A stretch of 64,000 nt of DNA from an uncultured virus (IMG/VR IMGVR_UViG_3300032462_001943) (taxonomy: Duplodnaviria > Heunggongvirae > Uroviricota > Caudoviricetes): the IMG/VR virus record IMGVR_UViG_3300032462_001943. One strand, 5' to 3'. The notes beneath the pieces were generated by a model. That model did not search any database and was not told where the DNA came from. It saw only the letters and a program-made list of their open reading frames with translations. Below, in pieces: positions 20,337 to 29,422 of this stretch. Position 1 is the first letter of the stretch. Each line of letters starts with the position of its first letter. Made by a program: the position numbers and the translations under genes.

Positions 20337-20690
20337 TTAAACACAATGGAGATTGCCCAGCGTATTGATGTGCGTTATACTTCCATTGTTGGATAGGTGA
20401 AGCTCCATAGTTCCTTCGGCCATTTTATTCGTGGCCATAGGAACATTGAACTCAACCCACAGGGTAAAACCTGTGGGAGTCCAGTAACATCGGGAGAGCG
20501 TAATTGATACGCCTTTGGGTTTTATTTCGCTCGATGATATAATTGCAAGGCGGTTGATATTTGCCTTTACGGTCTGTAATACGAAGGCCAACAGCCTTGA
20601 ACTATCCAAGAAGTGTGTCCAGTTTGCGACCAGGAGTTCTTCCAGTTTGTCTTCTCTGAAGATGTTCTTCAGCACACTTACCAATTCCAT
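20337..20690 (-). CDS. Hypothetical protein
   Basis: ORF filling the gap between genes. Confidence 0.55.
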   Translation of the reverse strand: MELVSVLKNIFREDKLEELLVANWTHFLDSSRLLAFVLQTVKANINRLAIISSSEIKPKGVSITLSRCYWTPTGFTLWVEFNVPMATNKMAEGTMELHLSNNGSITHINTLGNLHCV

Positions 20691-20692
20691 GT

Positions 20693-20962
20693 TTGGAGTT
20701 TCCCGTGAAAAAGCCAGATTTTTATTTAAAAGAGTATTGCCAGCGTCTTTCGGACGACAACCTCAAGTTCCTTACCGGACGGTTGAACCAAAGATTGGGT
20801 GGCGATGTGGCAGAAGTTCTTGATTTCTTGAGCAATGTGCGAGAGATTGACCGATGGCTTGCATCGGCAGAAACCAGTAACGATCTTTACGATATGATCG
20901 ACCTTGTGAAAGCATCAACGGTGAAAGAATATGATCGACGTTGCAACGGCCACGCAGCCTGA
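20693..20962 (+). CDS. Hypothetical protein (start possibly GTG at 20705)
   Basis: Helical ORF; GGAG upstream of the GTG. Confidence 0.5.
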   Translation: MEFPVKKPDFYLKEYCQRLSDDNLKFLTGRLNQRLGGDVAEVLDFLSNVREIDRWLASAETSNDLYDMIDLVKASTVKEYDRRCNGHAA

Positions 20963-21154
20963 GCCTCGGCTCAAATACTGCGAACAAATTCCCCCAAAAA
21001 AATCTCGATTCTGGTTAGGGTTCCTATTTGGAGTCCCGTTGTATCCATTGGTTATTCCGTGGGTGCTATTCGGTCTACCGGATAAGTACGCTGAAGCGTA
21101 TCTTCGGTTGTATGCGGAATACATCAGATTCGTGATGCACACTTTAGGTGTTTC

Positions 21155-21703
21155 ATGAAAAAATTGTTTATGGCAATTACGATATTGTTGATTTCGGCAA
21201 TAGCGGTCATTGCCGCTGATATTCCCAAAGATTGTCGAGTTGCAAATATTCCACCAGGATATTGTTGCTGGGCAAGTCTTGAAACTTTGGGAAAAGTCCA
21301 CAAAATTTCCAGCTTAGATGGACTGCTGGACGCCAGGACCAGAGAGGACGATACGATCATTATCGTTCAAGGTTCCGGCGTTTCATTTCGACAAGTTGAG
21401 CCGAAAAATTACGGCTACGATCACGCTATTCGCAAAAAGCTCACTGATCTCAAGGTGAAGTTTTGGATGAATACCACTGGTAATGCCGACCGCTCTCTGT
21501 TAAAGTATGCGAACTCGCATGGATGCTTGGTGGGACTCAAGGCAGGCGCTAGAGGTCAACTTGGCCACGGCATTGTTTTGACTCATTACGATGATAAGAT
21601 CATTCGGTTTTATGACTCCAACCAACCGGATGATACTTGGGAAGGATCGAGAGAGTGGTTCGATTTTTGGTGGAGTGGCCTAATCGTTGTAGTTGAGAAA
21701 TGA
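21155..21703 (+). CDS. Secreted papain-fold (C39-like) peptidase
   Basis: Signal peptide; GYCCWAS Cys, GHGIVL His, FYDSN. Confidence 0.6.
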   Translation: MKKLFMAITILLISAIAVIAADIPKDCRVANIPPGYCCWASLETLGKVHKISSLDGLLDARTREDDTIIIVQGSGVSFRQVEPKNYGYDHAIRKKLTDLKVKFWMNTTGNADRSLLKYANSHGCLVGLKAGARGQLGHGIVLTHYDDKIIRFYDSNQPDDTWEGSREWFDFWWSGLIVVVEK

Positions 21704-22092
21704 AATTTCACATCAAGAAGAATGCCCACTTTGAGGCTCGTATATACATTGGCAATCGTGTCAAGTATAACGGGCCTCAATTTTCTTTTGCCGAGCTTAG
21801 AGAAGCCATTGGATATTTCCAATCAAACAATGGAATTGAGGCGTCCAATCCCGTTCGTATAACCCCCACAACATTTGTTTGGGAAAAGTACGATGAAGAG
21901 GGATGGGAAATCGCTGTAATTGATTACCCAAGGGTCAGCAAGCCGCATAGTGTTTTGCGTGAGTTTGCATACAACTTGGCAGTTCATTTGTTTGAGAGGT
22001 TTGAACAGAACCGAATGTCTATTGTTTTTCCCGACGAGATAGTTATGCTGGAGGCCGATGACGCAGAAGAAAACAAGTACAACCAAAAGTAA
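21700..22092 (+). CDS. Hypothetical protein
   Basis: ATGA overlap with the upstream gene. Confidence 0.6.
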   Translation: MKFHIKKNAHFEARIYIGNRVKYNGPQFSFAELREAIGYFQSNNGIEASNPVRITPTTFVWEKYDEEGWEIAVIDYPRVSKPHSVLREFAYNLAVHLFERFEQNRMSIVFPDEIVMLEADDAEENKYNQK

Positions 22093-22108
22093 TCGCAAGG
22101 AGAAAAAA

Positions 22109-25100
22109 GTGCCTGTAGTAATCAAAGCTGAGGATCAGCCTGTTGTTGTAGCTACATCTGATTATCCTTACGCCAAATGGAAGTTTGAGACGTTCAATCC
22201 GGTTCAAAGTCGGATTATGGATTTTTATGACAAGGATGTAAACGGTCTTATCGCCGCTATGACTTCAGCAGGCAAGACAGTCGTAGCTGAAATGTTTCTT
22301 GCGCAAGAAATTCGTAAACGTGGTGGCAAGGGCATGTTCCTTGCTCCTTTGCGTGCATTGGCTCGTGAGAAAATCACCGATTGGAAAAACGAGAATTATC
22401 ACTTCGCCGACCAGAAAATTTCTATCTGCACAGGTGATTATAGGCTCACAAAAGAGCGTGCCAAAGAATTGAATGATGCCAATCTCATCATCATGACTTC
22501 GGAAATGTTAAATCACCGCAGTCGCAATCATAAGGCCGAACAAAATAATTGGCTTCTTGATGTTGGCACGTTAATTATTGATGAATGTTTGTCTCCAAAT
22601 GCAATAATTGAAACAGATCAAGGTCCAATTTCTATTGGAGACATCATTGACAAAAATCTGGATGTTAAAGTTGCATCCATGAATCACTCAACCAAACAAA
22701 TTGTATTCAAAAAAATAGTTGCTCGTCAGAAAAAGTTGTTAAAAAGAAGATGGCACACCATATATTATGACGGTGGGCATATTTCTGCGACATCAAATCA
22801 TTTGGTGTGGTGTGAAAATCGTGGTTATATTCCCTCTAAAGACATTCAAGAGGGAGATGTTATTTATGTACGAGGAATTAACGAAGAGAGAAAAACAAGT
22901 AATATTGGGAACTTTACTGGGAGACGGTTCGATAGCTCGACTTCCGCACGGAAAGTCAGCAAGATTGAGGGTTCAACAGTGTTCGGCTCAAAAGGCTTTA
23001 GTCGAATGGAAGTACAACGAGTTGAAGCGATTGGTTGGCACCCCTCCACAAATCAAACCGAACCAAGGGTACGGAAAGGAAGTGTGCAGATTCAACACAT
23101 TGTCAAGCAAAATGTTGTTGGCAATACATTCGATGTGTTATCCACGAGGGAAGAAAATAGTAAATTCTCAGTGGTTGGACGAGATCACCGATCCGGTGGC
23201 ATTGGCGGTGTGGTACATGGACGACGGAAGCCAGGGTCCAAGTATGATGGCAATTCACACCGAGGGCTTTCCCAAATCAGAAGTGGAATTGTTAGCGCAT
23301 TGGTTGGAAACGAAATGGTCGGTGGCTTGCGAAGCCTATCCGACAAAACAATATTGGCAACTCAGATTTCCAGCGAAGGGTCGGGATCGTTTTCAAGAAC
23401 TGGTTCGTCACGAAATAATTTCAGACATGAATTACAAGGTGCTGCCAAAAATGGAGCAGATATTTTGTTCGATGTGTGGTCAGAAATTCATCGCAGATCG
23501 CCGCAGTCTTCATCAAGTCAGGAAGGTCATGCTTTGTGGGGCCAAGGAGTGTCGGTTGAATTGGGACAGGATGTACAGCCGGACGGAGACATGGATTCAG
23601 AGGAATCTTGGTGTTGCGACTTAGAAGTTGAATCTGATTGTTTTGAAGATTGCAATTTTTTTGCAGATGGAGTTCTTGTCCATAATAGTCACTTGTTGAC
23701 TGTTCCAGGTCGTGGAGATCACCTGGAAGTTGGACTCATGAAGTTCACAGAGATCAATCCCAAGGCTCGTCTCGTGTTGCTTTCAGCAACGATGCCTAAT
23801 GTAGAAGAGATTGCCGACTGGATTAGTTATTCTTTGACCAAGCGTGAAACTTTCATGTTGCGGTCCAAGTATCGACCAGTGCCTTTGACTCTTCACTATG
23901 AGTCTTATTACGACGTAGGCAGATACGATCAAGTCGAAGAAGAGAAGGTCAATAAAGCCCTTGAAATTATTGAATGGTATCCAGACGACAAGTTCCTTGT
24001 CTTCGCCCATACAAAGCGTACTGGCGAATTGATGAAGCAAAATTTGCGATCATTGGGCATTGAAGCTCAATTTCACAATGCTGATTTGCAAGCTGATGAG
24101 CGTGCTAAGGTGGAAGATCGTTTCAAAACTGATCCTAAGCTACGGGTCATTGTGGCTACATCGACTTTGGCATGGGGCTTAAACCTTCCTGCTCGACGTG
24201 TGATTATTTTGGGCGTCAATCGAGGAATTGGCGAGGTTGAAACTCACGATATTCTTCAGATGGTCGGTCGATCTGGTCGGCTGGGAATTGATCCGATGGG
24301 TGATGCGTACATCCTCGTTCCTGAAAGTGAAGAGGCAAAATATCGTCAGAAATTCAGCAAGCCGAATCGTATTGAATCCCAGCTTTTAGAAAAAGTTGGT
24401 GACAAATACAAGGTGTTAGCTTTCCATCTTGTTAGTGAAATTCATCACGGCACTGTGTCAACAACCGATGATGTTCATGCTTGGTATAAGCGGTCGTTGG
24501 CTTATTTCCAAAACAAGGCTCTGGATGAAACTGTTGTAGACCAGACTTTAGACTTACTGCGGAAATGCAGTGCGGTTTGGAAAGAAGATGCTGTTGAAGG
24601 TGAGACGGATGAAAAATGGATTTGCCGACCTATTGGGAAAGTTTCCAGCATGTTTTACTTCAGTCCATTTGATGTCTCGGACTTGTATTTTAACTTCAAG
24701 AATTTATTCCAAGACAATAAAGAGGACGACGATTACTTCGTGTCAACGGCTCTGGGAAATATTGATGGTCAGAGAATGAATATAGTTTCTCGTATTGAGA
24801 AAGAAGAGATGAGTCTTTATGCCGCAAAGGTGCGGACCTTGATGCCAGGGAAGTTCTTCAATGATGCCTCTTTGAAGGCTAGTTTTTGCTACTTCAATTT
24901 GTTAAATGGCGTGAACAGCCAAGCCTGTGCCACAACGCAAAGGAATCTTCAGTTCGATTTCAATCGGCTGTCACAGGTTCTTCAGTCGCTCGATACATTT
25001 GGCGGCAATTGGCAACGTGAAAGTTACTTCAAGATTCTTGAGGGGCGTATTACCAATGGGGTTCCAGTTCACTTAGTTGATCTTTGTCGTTTGGCAAACA

Positions 25101-25273
25101 TTGGCAAAGCACGAGCTACGAAGCTCTATGAAGCTGGATTTAAGACTGTTGAATCGGTTGCTGATATGGACTTTGAGAACTTCAAGAAGATTGTCAACAG
25201 TACGGGTAAATCCATGAAGGTAGACGCAGCTAAGGAAGTGTTTGAATCTGCCAAGGTGTTCGCTTTGCTTTAA
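22109..25273 (+). CDS. Ski2/Hel308-like SF2 DExH helicase containing an intein
   Basis: FNPVQ, TSAGKT, IIDE|SH after splicing, LSAT, ATSTLAWGLNLPA, QMVGRSGR, C-terminal HhH; AAGGAG RBS before GTG. Confidence 0.9.
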   Translation: MPVVIKAEDQPVVVATSDYPYAKWKFETFNPVQSRIMDFYDKDVNGLIAAMTSAGKTVVAEMFLAQEIRKRGGKGMFLAPLRALAREKITDWKNENYHFADQKISICTGDYRLTKERAKELNDANLIIMTSEMLNHRSRNHKAEQNNWLLDVGTLIIDECLSPNAIIETDQGPISIGDIIDKNLDVKVASMNHSTKQIVFKKIVARQKKLLKRRWHTIYYDGGHISATSNHLVWCENRGYIPSKDIQEGDVIYVRGINEERKTSNIGNFTGRRFDSSTSARKVSKIEGSTVFGSKGFSRMEVQRVEAIGWHPSTNQTEPRVRKGSVQIQHIVKQNVVGNTFDVLSTREENSKFSVVGRDHRSGGIGGVVHGRRKPGSKYDGNSHRGLSQIRSGIVSALVGNEMVGGLRSLSDKTILATQISSEGSGSFSRTGSSRNNFRHELQGAAKNGADILFDVWSEIHRRSPQSSSSQEGHALWGQGVSVELGQDVQPDGDMDSEESWCCDLEVESDCFEDCNFFADGVLVHNSHLLTVPGRGDHLEVGLMKFTEINPKARLVLLSATMPNVEEIADWISYSLTKRETFMLRSKYRPVPLTLHYESYYDVGRYDQVEEEKVNKALEIIEWYPDDKFLVFAHTKRTGELMKQNLRSLGIEAQFHNADLQADERAKVEDRFKTDPKLRVIVATSTLAWGLNLPARRVIILGVNRGIGEVETHDILQMVGRSGRLGIDPMGDAYILVPESEEAKYRQKFSKPNRIESQLLEKVGDKYKVLAFHLVSEIHHGTVSTTDDVHAWYKRSLAYFQNKALDETVVDQTLDLLRKCSAVWKEDAVEGETDEKWICRPIGKVSSMFYFSPFDVSDLYFNFKNLFQDNKEDDDYFVSTALGNIDGQRMNIVSRIEKEEMSLYAAKVRTLMPGKFFNDASLKASFCYFNLLNGVNSQACATTQRNLQFDFNRLSQVLQSLDTFGGNWQRESYFKILEGRITNGVPVHLVDLCRLANIGKARATKLYEAGFKTVESVADMDFENFKKIVNSTGKSMKVDAAKEVFESAKVFALL
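22586..23686 (+). mobile_element. Intein (367 aa) inserted in the helicase DExH motif
   Basis: DE|CLSPNAIIET...ATSNHLV...DLEVE...NFFADGVLVHN|SH. Confidence 0.92.
22866..23624 (+). CDS. LAGLIDADG homing endonuclease encoded in the +1 frame inside the helicase intein
   Basis: ILGTLLGDGS and LAVWYMDDGS motifs; own GGAG RBS at 22853; C-terminal CxxC...C...C. Confidence 0.85.
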   Translation: MYEELTKREKQVILGTLLGDGSIARLPHGKSARLRVQQCSAQKALVEWKYNELKRLVGTPPQIKPNQGYGKEVCRFNTLSSKMLLAIHSMCYPRGKKIVNSQWLDEITDPVALAVWYMDDGSQGPSMMAIHTEGFPKSEVELLAHWLETKWSVACEAYPTKQYWQLRFPAKGRDRFQELVRHEIISDMNYKVLPKMEQIFCSMCGQKFIADRRSLHQVRKVMLCGAKECRLNWDRMYSRTETWIQRNLGVAT

Positions 25274-25980
25274 CGGCGAATTTTGCGAGTCTTGGTGATT
25301 CTTTCTAATAGCTTCTGTTTGCTGATGTAGGTTTTCTGGACGCCAGTTCTCACTGAGCGTTGCTTGAACGCAGCAAATGAAGCCGAGCCACTGCACTCAC
25401 CTAATAGACTTCCAGTGCTGCTCACCAAACAGCATGAGCAGCAATGCGCAGATGGCGGTGTAATAGACACTCCTACGCCACCACAATCTCCCACAGATAC
25501 GCTGGTTCCTCCTCCGTTTATGGAGCAACCGAAGGGAGCGCCGCAAGCATCGCTGCATCCTGACAGTGACACTGTTCCAGCACCAATTGCCGTAAAAGAA
25601 AATCCTGATCCATACAGACAGCAGCCTGATGTTGACAGGGTGATAGTAATAGTTGAGCATGGAATAGAGCAAGTCGGGACTGAAGTGTCTGGCACTGATC
25701 CAGTGGTTGCTTGCGCATAAACATATCCATCACTGTCTTCTATATCAAACAGATATGCTTGATAATCAAAGTCTGGAAAATCAACATCTAATTCAGGCGC
25801 ACGAAGGGGAGCAGGCACAGCAATAGGCGCACAATCACATCCGGGCGGATAAACACTTGAGCTTGTTCCACACAAATACACATAGGTCCAGCTTGTGTAG
25901 CATGGACATGGTGGGCAACACTTGCAGTTGCAGCCGCAATAGCTGCCAGTTCCCAAGCAATATGGAGGATTACATGCCAT
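25270..25980 (-). CDS. Cys/Ser/Gly-rich hypothetical protein
   Basis: Dense CxC/CC clusters and basic C-terminus; directly follows the upstream minus-strand gene. Confidence 0.6.
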   Translation of the reverse strand: MACNPPYCLGTGSYCGCNCKCCPPCPCYTSWTYVYLCGTSSSVYPPGCDCAPIAVPAPLRAPELDVDFPDFDYQAYLFDIEDSDGYVYAQATTGSVPDTSVPTCSIPCSTITITLSTSGCCLYGSGFSFTAIGAGTVSLSGCSDACGAPFGCSINGGGTSVSVGDCGGVGVSITPPSAHCCSCCLVSSTGSLLGECSGSASFAAFKQRSVRTGVQKTYISKQKLLERITKTRKIRR

Positions 25981-26250
25981 TTATTCTTTGCCAAAAAATC
26001 CCGTAGGATATTCCATTTTTACAGTGCCATTGCCTTTTGTTGGTTTGCCATCGTCATCCTCGACCCACCAACGCACCTGTTCGACAGGTATGTTGAGTTC
26101 ATCCATGTGGCACTTATCTTTTGGAAACACTGGCATGTGATATTCCGTGCCTTCTACTAGAATCGCTACTTTACATTCGCCTTTTTGGTTATTGTATAGC
26201 ATACAATTTCTGCATATCGGTTCCACTTGTTTTTTCTTTGCCATTTTCAT
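25981..26250 (-). CDS. Small Cys-containing hypothetical protein
   Basis: CxxC...C...C; AAGG RBS. Confidence 0.6.
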   Translation of the reverse strand: MKMAKKKQVEPICRNCMLYNNQKGECKVAILVEGTEYHMPVFPKDKCHMDELNIPVEQVRWWVEDDDGKPTKGNGTVKMEYPTGFFGKE

Positions 26251-26327
26251 ATTCCTTGATGAAGGGCCTTGAGATATAATTCGGCTTACCTTATTACAGT
26301 AACAACTGCTCTAAATGGAGGCCGACT

Positions 26328-27017
26328 ATGCAGGTATTAGGTGTCGCTGCTCAACTTGCCAACGGCAAAGACGTTCTTTGTGACTATTTGGTGAAGGTTC
26401 TCAATAGATCATATGCCGAGAATGATCCCAATCGTTGGCATCGTAGTGCATTTGCAAATGCCGTTAAGGATGTCTTTGAAAGTAGTTTCGGCGTTGATCG
26501 GGATTTCACTGAAAAATGGAAGAGAAACCCTGAATCTCCTCCAGACATGCTACAGAGCGTGAGAAAAAGTCTCCAATTTATTGGAGATGGATTTCGCAAG
26601 ATTAGAGACGGCATCTGGATTGAAATTGCCCTACGAGACGAGAGTAAGAAACTGGTTATTTCCGACAGCCGGTACATAAATGAAGCTAAGGCTGTAAAAA
26701 CCAAAGACGGATTTATGGTTGTTTTGTATCGTCCTGGCTTCTTGAATGATGATCCTAATCCTTCTGAGGCTCAGATTAAACCTATCGTAGAGTTCTGTGC
26801 CAATCACTTGGAAGAAGGCCCCATTCCATCCTATCAAACTCTGGTTCTTGCTTTCGGAGAAAAGGCAGTTCCCGAAGGAATGAAGTATTACGATTACTAT
26901 CTTATCAATGACGGGGCTTTGGAAGATTTGTATTCCAAAGTGGACCGATTACTGGTTCCAATCATTGAGAGAAAATATGAACAGAGTCACAAGTCCGGGC
27001 GACCGGGTGAATGTTAA
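26328..27017 (+). CDS. Deoxynucleoside monophosphate kinase (T4 gp1-like)
   Basis: N-terminal GKD P-loop, AFANAVK, R..LQ.IG...R, ISDSRYINE. Confidence 0.75.
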   Translation: MQVLGVAAQLANGKDVLCDYLVKVLNRSYAENDPNRWHRSAFANAVKDVFESSFGVDRDFTEKWKRNPESPPDMLQSVRKSLQFIGDGFRKIRDGIWIEIALRDESKKLVISDSRYINEAKAVKTKDGFMVVLYRPGFLNDDPNPSEAQIKPIVEFCANHLEEGPIPSYQTLVLAFGEKAVPEGMKYYDYYLINDGALEDLYSKVDRLLVPIIERKYEQSHKSGRPGEC

Positions 27018-27345
27018 AAAAGGTTGGGGTTCCGAAGATTGGATTTGGAACGATGACAATTATTGTGGGAAAATTCTAGCCTTTGAAAAAGGCAAGAAAT
27101 GTTCTTACCACTATCACAAAATTAAGGATGAAGTCCTTTTTTTATATAGTGGTAAGATCATTATGAAGTATGGCGATGACGATGATTTTGATGCTGCAAC
27201 GGTCCTGGTTATGGAACCAGGAATGGCATTCCACGTCACACCTGGGCTTCGCCATCAGATGATTGCTGAAGAGGATTCTCTAATGTATGAGTTCTCGACT
27301 CATCATGAGGATTCGGATTCATACAGGATCGTGGTCGGCGACTAG
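26977..27345 (+). CDS. Cupin (sugar isomerase-like)
   Basis: KGWGSE, SYHYHKIKDE, PGLRHQ, EFSTHH. Confidence 0.75.
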   Translation: MNRVTSPGDRVNVKKGWGSEDWIWNDDNYCGKILAFEKGKKCSYHYHKIKDEVLFLYSGKIIMKYGDDDDFDAATVLVMEPGMAFHVTPGLRHQMIAEEDSLMYEFSTHHEDSDSYRIVVGD

Positions 27346-27350
27346 GACTT

Positions 27351-28040
27351 CTATTCGCTCAAGGGTTTTTGGTTTTGGTTCTTGATCTTTTGTTTGAGTT
27401 TGCCCATTCCCACTTCTGTTAACACCATAAACGTGTATCCCCTCGATTGGCAGTGTTGGTTGCAGGCTGTCCATTTTGCAGTATTCCTCGGCAAATGAGT
27501 TTGATTTGCAGGCTTGATTTCCCATATTTCGATATGTCCATCATCGAAAAGAATACTCAAGTCCGGGTTGTAATCGTGAACGTCGCCTTCAAAGCTATAT
27601 TGAACTTTGAATGGTTCTACGGCGTATGAAATAACTTCGGGCATGGCTTCAAGGTATTCGTACACATCGCATTCCATGCCGCTGCGATAGTGCATTTCTT
27701 TTCCACCATTCTTAGTGGAAATCAGATAGCCTTCTCTGAATTTAGGCTTTCTTTGCTTTAGCTTGCCGTCTTTCTTATTGCTTTGATCTTTCCAGATCAT
27801 TGCTTTCATTTGGCCAACCTTGGGTATTTGTGCTTCAGATGGGTGTTTGGCCTTAAAGTGGCTTCTCAAATCCCTAACAGGCGCACCGCAACGACCAAGA
27901 GGGCAAATTACAAACTCACGACCTTCTTCGTGCGACTCTATAATGTGCTTCTTGTATTCTTCAAAGTCGGTATAGCCTTTGCCACACACGAAACATTGAA
28001 ATTTTCTCTTATGATCGTCTTTTGGAAACGGCAGTGGCAT
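27351..28040 (-). CDS. TnsA-like / T4 gp4-like PD-(D/E)xK endonuclease with N-terminal zinc fingers
   Basis: CxxC...H...H, YRSGME, EPFKVQY, YNPD, EIKP. Confidence 0.7.
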   Translation of the reverse strand: MPLPFPKDDHKRKFQCFVCGKGYTDFEEYKKHIIESHEEGREFVICPLGRCGAPVRDLRSHFKAKHPSEAQIPKVGQMKAMIWKDQSNKKDGKLKQRKPKFREGYLISTKNGGKEMHYRSGMECDVYEYLEAMPEVISYAVEPFKVQYSFEGDVHDYNPDLSILFDDGHIEIWEIKPANQTHLPRNTAKWTACNQHCQSRGYTFMVLTEVGMGKLKQKIKNQNQKPLSE

Positions 28041-28473
28041 TTTTTTCCTTTTTCTTCGGCTGCTTAGGATTATGGTGCATGATTATTTTTACTACGTCGT
28101 CTCTGTCGCACACATGAATATTGGGAATATCCGCATTGCCAAACATATTTTCAACTGAGTCTTCGGGGGAACCGAACATGGATTTCAATAGATTGATGCC
28201 GATAAATTTGGCCTCATCCCGAAATCCAGGCATCATTGGATCATCATCTTCGGGTTCGTCGTTTTTGAGCTTGGCGAAAACCAAGCGACTTTCTTCTGGT
28301 GCGCCGAATAAATCGTCGCCTTTTTTGAAGAATAGAATCATTCCGTGGCGATCCATTAGATCATGAATTGATTTCTCAGCTTCTTGTAAAACTAAGTTTT
28401 TGTCCCATAAATCCATAAGCTCCCGGAATTGTGAAAAGCCCGGTGATGGAGTATTGAAATAGTTATTGCTCAT
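28009..28473 (-). CDS. Hypothetical protein
   Basis: GGGG RBS-like sequence; plausible ORF. Confidence 0.6.
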   Translation of the reverse strand: MSNNYFNTPSPGFSQFRELMDLWDKNLVLQEAEKSIHDLMDRHGMILFFKKGDDLFGAPEESRLVFAKLKNDEPEDDDPMMPGFRDEAKFIGINLLKSMFGSPEDSVENMFGNADIPNIHVCDRDDVVKIIMHHNPKQPKKKEKNATAVSKRRS

Positions 28474-28501
28474 TTAGTTCCCCCGGTTGATATATACGAA
28501 T

Positions 28502-29023
28502 ATGACACGCACTTTACACGGCTTCCGAAAGTTTGTACTTGAAGACATGGACCCAACTCCAGATAAGTCTCGTAGTGTTGCTATGGGTTCAGGGGATGAA
28601 GATAAAGGAACTGAAGATTATTTCGGTGCCTTGGGCGACGAACAGGGAATTGAATGGAAAGACCTGACAAGGATATTCGAGGACGAACCTTGGGTTTCAT
28701 CCCACTTTGGATTGGGAACTCCCAATAAAGAAGTTCTGTACAAGCTGTCGGCATGGGAAATAGTCAAGGGATCGCTCACGCCAAGAGGAGCAGACATACG
28801 ATTGAAACCCCAGAAGGGAAATCGTAGTTATCTCTCAGGGAATAAGTTGAATAAATCTAAATACGAAGACACCAACCGTTATCACCTGGGTCGTCAAGAA
28901 CTCATTAAGTTTCTGACCACAGGTTGGACGCCAGCAGCCCAAGGAGCGGGCGGTGGCATGGGAGCCGACCCAATGGGCGGCATGGGTGGTGGAATGCCAG
29001 GAGCAGCACCAGCCCCAATGTAA
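28502..29023 (+). CDS. Hypothetical (possible virion internal) protein
   Basis: FRKFVLE near the N-terminus; Gly/Met-rich tail. Confidence 0.6.
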   Translation: MTRTLHGFRKFVLEDMDPTPDKSRSVAMGSGDEDKGTEDYFGALGDEQGIEWKDLTRIFEDEPWVSSHFGLGTPNKEVLYKLSAWEIVKGSLTPRGADIRLKPQKGNRSYLSGNKLNKSKYEDTNRYHLGRQELIKFLTTGWTPAAQGAGGGMGADPMGGMGGGMPGAAPAPM

Positions 29024-29034
29024 AAAGGAGAAAT

Positions 29035-29223
29035 ATGAAATTCAGAGATTGGTTGCAATTACAAGAAGTCGGGACTGGCAGTAACGCCGTCGCCGTATTT
29101 TCCCGCCCTGTTGGTATTGGCATGGTTCAAAGAGAACCAGTAGATATGATCGGCTTCCGTGACGAAGATCACAAGAAAAAACACAAGAAACACAAAAAAC
29201 AGGACGATCTTGACCACAAATAA
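29035..29223 (+). CDS. Small hypothetical (possible virion internal) protein
   Basis: AAGGAG RBS; MKFRDWLQLQE. Confidence 0.6.
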   Translation: MKFRDWLQLQEVGTGSNAVAVFSRPVGIGMVQREPVDMIGFRDEDHKKKHKKHKKQDDLDHK

Positions 29224-29238
29224 TGGTCTAGGTATGAT
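29210..29238 (+). promoter_or_regulatory. Sigma70-type promoter
   Basis: TTGACC-17 bp-TATGAT. Confidence 0.7.
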
Positions 29239-29242
29239 GCTG

Positions 29243-29366
29243 TCTCGATTCGATATTATGCAGAGCAGAAATCGGCGATTCAGTGATCTAACTTGGTGAC
29301 ACACCACCAGCGGCCCCTGGAACGCCGAATGAAGTCTACACAGTAAGTCGATGGCTTCGAGGAGAT
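29243..29366 (+). ncRNA. Candidate rod-shaped (6S-like) small RNA
   Basis: Nested complementary segments around an 18/19-nt central bubble; lies between a promoter and a terminator. Confidence 0.5.
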
Positions 29367-29381
29367 TACCAGAAAAACACC

Positions 29382-29408
29382 ACAGCTTCCTTTCTAGGGG
29401 CTGTTTTC
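29382..29408 (+). terminator. Intrinsic terminator
   Basis: ACAGCTTC...GGGGCTGT-TTTC. Confidence 0.65.
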
Positions 29409-29422
29409 ATTTGGAGATGAGT

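Noticed and set aside
27351..28040. Tn7-like transposon
   Set aside because: Only a TnsA-like nuclease fold is present, with no TnsB/TnsC or terminal repeats; such genes are common in T4-like phages.
29351..29422. N-terminal extension of the GT34 ORF in the supplied track
   Set aside because: It overlaps the ncRNA candidate and terminator; the RBS supports a start at 29423.
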